DNA of 64,000 nt from Obrimoposthia wandeli (taxonomy: Eukaryota): positions 372,001 to 436,000 of the forward strand of contig CDROCS010000506.1 of assembly GCA_977020255.1 (NCBI GenBank), in the 5' to 3' direction. Position numbers and translations under genes: made by a program. Shown in pieces: positions 60,562 to 64,000 of the stretch (within the stretch, counting starts at the first letter, position 1; each line of letters begins with the position of its first letter). The notes beneath the pieces were generated by a model. The model was given only the letters and a program-made list of their open reading frames with translations, searched no databases and was not told the DNA's origin.

Positions 60562-61030
60562 GATTATCCTTTAAAAATTGTGCTGGATCCTGCGGTTGAA
60601 ATACATTGATTTTAGCTTGTGCTAATACCGCATTATCTTCATCTTTTATAACGCAATCAAAAACACACAGTCCTGATTCGTCTTGAATTAGTTTTTGGGC
60701 TTCGATTAACAAGGTTTGCGCGAGTTTAAATACCCCCACTTCGGCGTGGTATTTACGCGAGCCTAATAGAAAACCGATTTTCACTTCACCTGCATCATCC
60801 AGTGCATGCGCGCCGCCATAAGCAGCAATCGTTTGCGCCATGTATTCACAGCCGACATAACTGGGTACGCCTTGCTTGGCATTATCAAAGAAAGGTAAAT
60901 CCGGTGTGATCGTCACGCGACAACTGACGTTTTCGTCGTCATAACCCACCAATTCATCCAATAAGATCATTGGCGCGCTATGCGGTAATACGTCCGCGAT
61001 TGGGTATTTACCTACTAGAGAACGATTCAT
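60554..61030 (-). CDS. Hotdog-fold 3-hydroxyacyl-ACP dehydratase (ApeP-like)
   Basis: LPHSAPMILLD, EYMAQTIAA, GFLLGSR. Confidence 0.88.
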   Translation of the reverse strand: MNRSLVGKYPIADVLPHSAPMILLDELVGYDDENVSCRVTITPDLPFFDNAKQGVPSYVGCEYMAQTIAAYGGAHALDDAGEVKIGFLLGSRKYHAEVGVFKLAQTLLIEAQKLIQDESGLCVFDCVIKDEDNAVLAQAKINVFQPQDPAQFLKDNHE

Positions 61031-61055
61031 TGCTTCTTACCTATGACTACAGTGC

Positions 61056-62240
61056 TCACGGCTGTTTCCCTATGACTAGACTGATATTATTACCGCCAAA
61101 AGCAAATGAATTACTCATGCACGTTTGTAATGTAGTAGCAGTAGTGCTGCTTGCATCCGCTAAGTTGATTTTCGCAAGGCTGCTATCAAGCTCACCGTCG
61201 CTAACATTAGCAGGTACGTTATTTAATGGGTTGTATTCATCATGTAATAACAACCAACAGATGCCTGCTTCTAATGCGCCAGCAGCACCTAATGTATGTC
61301 CAGTCATGCCCTTAGTCGACCCGCACAATACCTTGCTACCACAAGCGTTAAGCATGGCTTTTGCTTCCATGTCATCATTCTTGGGTGTGCCTGTACCATG
61401 CAAGTTAACATAATCGATTTGCTCACCTTGCAAATTTGCTTCAGCCAACGCCATACGCATCGCCCGTAATGCACCTTCACCTTCAGGATGCGGCGCCGAT
61501 AAATGGTGCGCATCCGAGGTTTCCGCCGCGCCTAACAATTGAATACCGCCTTGCGCTTTAGTAACAATAAACAAGGCTGCCGCTTCACCAATATTAATGC
61601 CATCGCGGTCTGCTGAAAATGGATTATTCTTCGCTGTCGCTGTTGATGCTAATGCCTTAAAACCATTCACAGTCAATTTAGCTAAACTATCAACACCACC
61701 AGCAATGACTACATCTGCCAAGTCAGCATCAAGCAATGCCTGCGCGCTGACTAAGGCTTTACCACTCGATGAACAGGCAGTCGATATACTATAAACCGGG
61801 CCTTTAGCTTGGCATAAATCAGCAATAAACTGCGCGGTTGTGCCCATTTCCTGCATGCGGTAATGGTAACCTTCTGGGTATTCACCCGTGGCGATCTTAT
61901 GCTTTAATGCTTGCTCGCCATATTCAATACCCGAGGTACTGGTGCCGATAACTACGGCGATACGTTGTTGACCAAATTCACTAATCAATGGCGCAAGGGT
62001 ATCGGCTATCTGTAAATAAGCTAATTGACCAAGCTTGTCATTACGGGTCAGTTTTTTATCAAAATGTGCTTTATCAAAAGTCGAGTCTGCTACACGGCCG
62101 ACATATTGTGGTTCAGCATTGGGCAAATCACTATCGAGTACCAGGCCGTCACGGCTTCCCTTTAATAGTCCAGCGGCAACCGCGGCTTTTGAATCACCGA
62201 GTGCGCATACCACACCAAAATCTTTTAGACAGATACTCAC
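61056..62240 (-). CDS. Beta-ketoacyl synthase (ApeO-like)
   Basis: GTSTSG, STACSSSG, DAHHLSAP, HGTGT..ND, GHTLGAAG, SNSFAFGG. Confidence 0.88.
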   Translation of the reverse strand: MSICLKDFGVVCALGDSKAAVAAGLLKGSRDGLVLDSDLPNAEPQYVGRVADSTFDKAHFDKKLTRNDKLGQLAYLQIADTLAPLISEFGQQRIAVVIGTSTSGIEYGEQALKHKIATGEYPEGYHYRMQEMGTTAQFIADLCQAKGPVYSISTACSSSGKALVSAQALLDADLADVVIAGGVDSLAKLTVNGFKALASTATAKNNPFSADRDGINIGEAAALFIVTKAQGGIQLLGAAETSDAHHLSAPHPEGEGALRAMRMALAEANLQGEQIDYVNLHGTGTPKNDDMEAKAMLNACGSKVLCGSTKGMTGHTLGAAGALEAGICWLLLHDEYNPLNNVPANVSDGELDSSLAKINLADASSTTATTLQTCMSNSFAFGGNNISLVIGKQP

Positions 62241-62827
62241 AATGACACCTTGGTTAATTCTGTTATTGTTATTTGATAATCGCGCAATAAATGCGTAAGG
62301 ATATAGCGATTATCGAACTGCTCGACAGTCAAAATGACTTTTCCGTCTTGGCTTAACGTACGCGTCCAATCCGTTGGGGTTTGACCGACGTTATTCTTGA
62401 ACTCTTGAGTAAATGAACCATTTGTCGCCAACTGTAATTGTGCAAACGGCCAATTAACCCACTGCAGATCGGCAATCACATAACTGATATCTAATCCCGG
62501 TACTGGCACATATTGATTGATAACTGCGTCATCTTCAACGCTCCACAATACATCAAACAAGGGAATGCCAGAAGGCGTCATCGCCACCAGTTTAATCTGC
62601 GTTTCGGTAAATTCCACCTGAGCTAATAAACTCTGCCTGTCACCGTTAAACTCAGCTTCAATTAACTGGGTTTTCGCCTGCATTTGTAATGCTTTTGGCG
62701 GCGCGGTGAGCTGTAACGTCACATTCGGCGCCATGGTAACTAAATGACTTTGCGGCATGCTGATACAGCCTGTTAGTACTAACATTACCAATGCTAACAT
62801 CGAGGTTCGTACGGCGCTTAATGTCAT
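62237..62827 (-). CDS. DUF3261-family lipoprotein
   Basis: Lipobox LTG-C; QLIEAEF..SLLAQVE, LVAMTP.G, IADLQ...WP; typical position in aryl-polyene-type clusters. Confidence 0.75.
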   Translation of the reverse strand: MTLSAVRTSMLALVMLVLTGCISMPQSHLVTMAPNVTLQLTAPPKALQMQAKTQLIEAEFNGDRQSLLAQVEFTETQIKLVAMTPSGIPLFDVLWSVEDDAVINQYVPVPGLDISYVIADLQWVNWPFAQLQLATNGSFTQEFKNNVGQTPTDWTRTLSQDGKVILTVEQFDNRYILTHLLRDYQITITELTKVSL

Positions 62828-64000
62828 GTTTCAACCTCCATTTTTTTCGCACTCAGGGGAGCCAATAAAAACACCAATAAAATACCAAACATAACAGTTA
62901 AACCAAAACTTTCTACCGCAGGTGTCACACTTAGCGCAAGTACGCCAAATACCAAGGCCGATGAGATAGCCGATAACGTAATCGCTAAAACGGTATTACG
63001 CTGTAAACCATGTTCTTGATAGAAGATCACATAGTCTATCGCCAAGGCAAGGATCAGCAGCACTGCTAACAAGTTAAAGATATTAAGATGGCCTAAGCTC
63101 AGCTGCGTTAATAACAACGCGCCACCAGCACTCAGTACAATGCTGAGCAAGCCCAATAACCCTTGCGTTAAACCAAAGCGTAAACACAAGACAATCGTCA
63201 CCACCAATATAGCGCCCGCAAACAGCAAGAATAACGCTTGGCGATAATGGCTTAATGCTGCCGTCACTTCCGCAGGTTTGTTATCGATGCTCATGTCTGC
63301 TTGTTCAACGATCCACTGCTGTAACTCGCTATTAAGCGCAACACCCGAGGTTTCGACCCAGAGTGCGTATTTATGCTCTTTTACATTGCTAGTGCCATCA
63401 TCCGTTTGATATTGATAAATGTATATTGATGAGAGCGCTTGTAGTGGTCCGGCATTAAATTCAGCCAATGTCAGCGGAACAAAGTCATCTACCGCATCAA
63501 CCAAGCCTAACGTGCCGAGTCCCAAAGCAAAGTCCTGTTGCTGTTCAGCTTGTTTCAATAAGGCATTATTACGCTGCTGCTTAGCAACTGATGGCAATAA
63601 ACTAGCCATGCTTTTCACTGTTAAATCTGGCTGTGTTGCTAACTGAGTTAATAAGCTTTCTTGGCGTTGCAACAAGGTTTCACTGTCATCAGCGCTAATA
63701 ACAATACGCTGGCTGTGTTGATACCCCATCAGCTTCGCCATGTTGATTTCGTTATCAATCAAAAATGCTGGGCTAGAATTAAGTAAGCGAATATCGTCAT
63801 TAAAATTAATATCATCGATAACCACTGCGCTGACTAAACCAACACTCAACACCGCAAATATAACGCGGCGTTGCTGATGTAAACGGCTTAACCACACATT
63901 CAGCTTGTCCGTTAAGATCCAAACACTTGGGGTGACGCTAATTTTGCCATTAAGGTTTAAATACGGTAGTAATAGCAACACAGTTAACAGTGCGCCCAAT
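62824..64000 (-). CDS. MMPL/RND-like exporter (5'-truncated by window edge)
   Basis: FNDDIRLL, NIFNLLAVLLILALAIDYVIF, SAISSALVFGVLALS.TPAV..FG. Confidence 0.85.
   Translation of the reverse strand, partial: LGALLTVLLLLPYLNLNGKISVTPSVWILTDKLNVWLSRLHQQRRVIFAVLSVGLVSAVVIDDINFNDDIRLLNSSPAFLIDNEINMAKLMGYQHSQRIVISADDSETLLQRQESLLTQLATQPDLTVKSMASLLPSVAKQQRNNALLKQAEQQQDFALGLGTLGLVDAVDDFVPLTLAEFNAGPLQALSSIYIYQYQTDDGTSNVKEHKYALWVETSGVALNSELQQWIVEQADMSIDNKPAEVTAALSHYRQALFLLFAGAILVVTIVLCLRFGLTQGLLGLLSIVLSAGGALLLTQLSLGHLNIFNLLAVLLILALAIDYVIFYQEHGLQRNTVLAITLSAISSALVFGVLALSVTPAVESFGLTVMFGILLVFLLAPLSAKKMEVET

Noticed and set aside
1693-63646. The many 60-150 aa ORFs nested in or antisense to long genes in the ORF track
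   Set aside because: They are shadow frames of well-supported CDSs, without independent motifs or RBS evidence.

Overview
A 64 kb AT-rich chromosomal window from a marine gammaproteobacterium (Moritella/Vibrionaceae-like; this is inferred from gene content and protein style). No rRNA, tRNA, CRISPR array, integrase or transposase was seen. The window is mostly accessory metabolism and signalling: partial cpdB, three GGDEF proteins (one NIT-PAS-GGDEF-EAL), an HD-GYP protein, a hybrid histidine kinase, two MCPs, pstSCAB with a Pho box, btsSR, ogt, an RpoS-like sigma paralogue, an alpha-amylase, an alkyl sulfatase, and the 3' end of an aryl-polyene-type FAS/PKS cluster. Five features stand out. 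(1) A two-gene lipoprotein operon (10.7-15.0 kb) with four DUF1566/Lcl-type domains, the last pair fused to a di-haem peroxidase whose predicted haem-2 ligand is Tyr, as in MauG/BthA; this is a candidate protein-modifying surface system. (2) An island of co-oriented orphan genes and pseudogenes (about 22.9-32.7 kb) ending in a divergent methyltransferase-HNH / PLD-SF2 helicase-DUF3427 pair, a candidate defence system. (3) An unannotated 14-codon ORF/sRNA convergent on btsR, with BtsR-like boxes upstream. (4) A degenerate FtsZ-like protein. (5) Recurrent degenerate tandem duplications at gene 3' ends. All family calls come from motif recognition by eye, not database searches.
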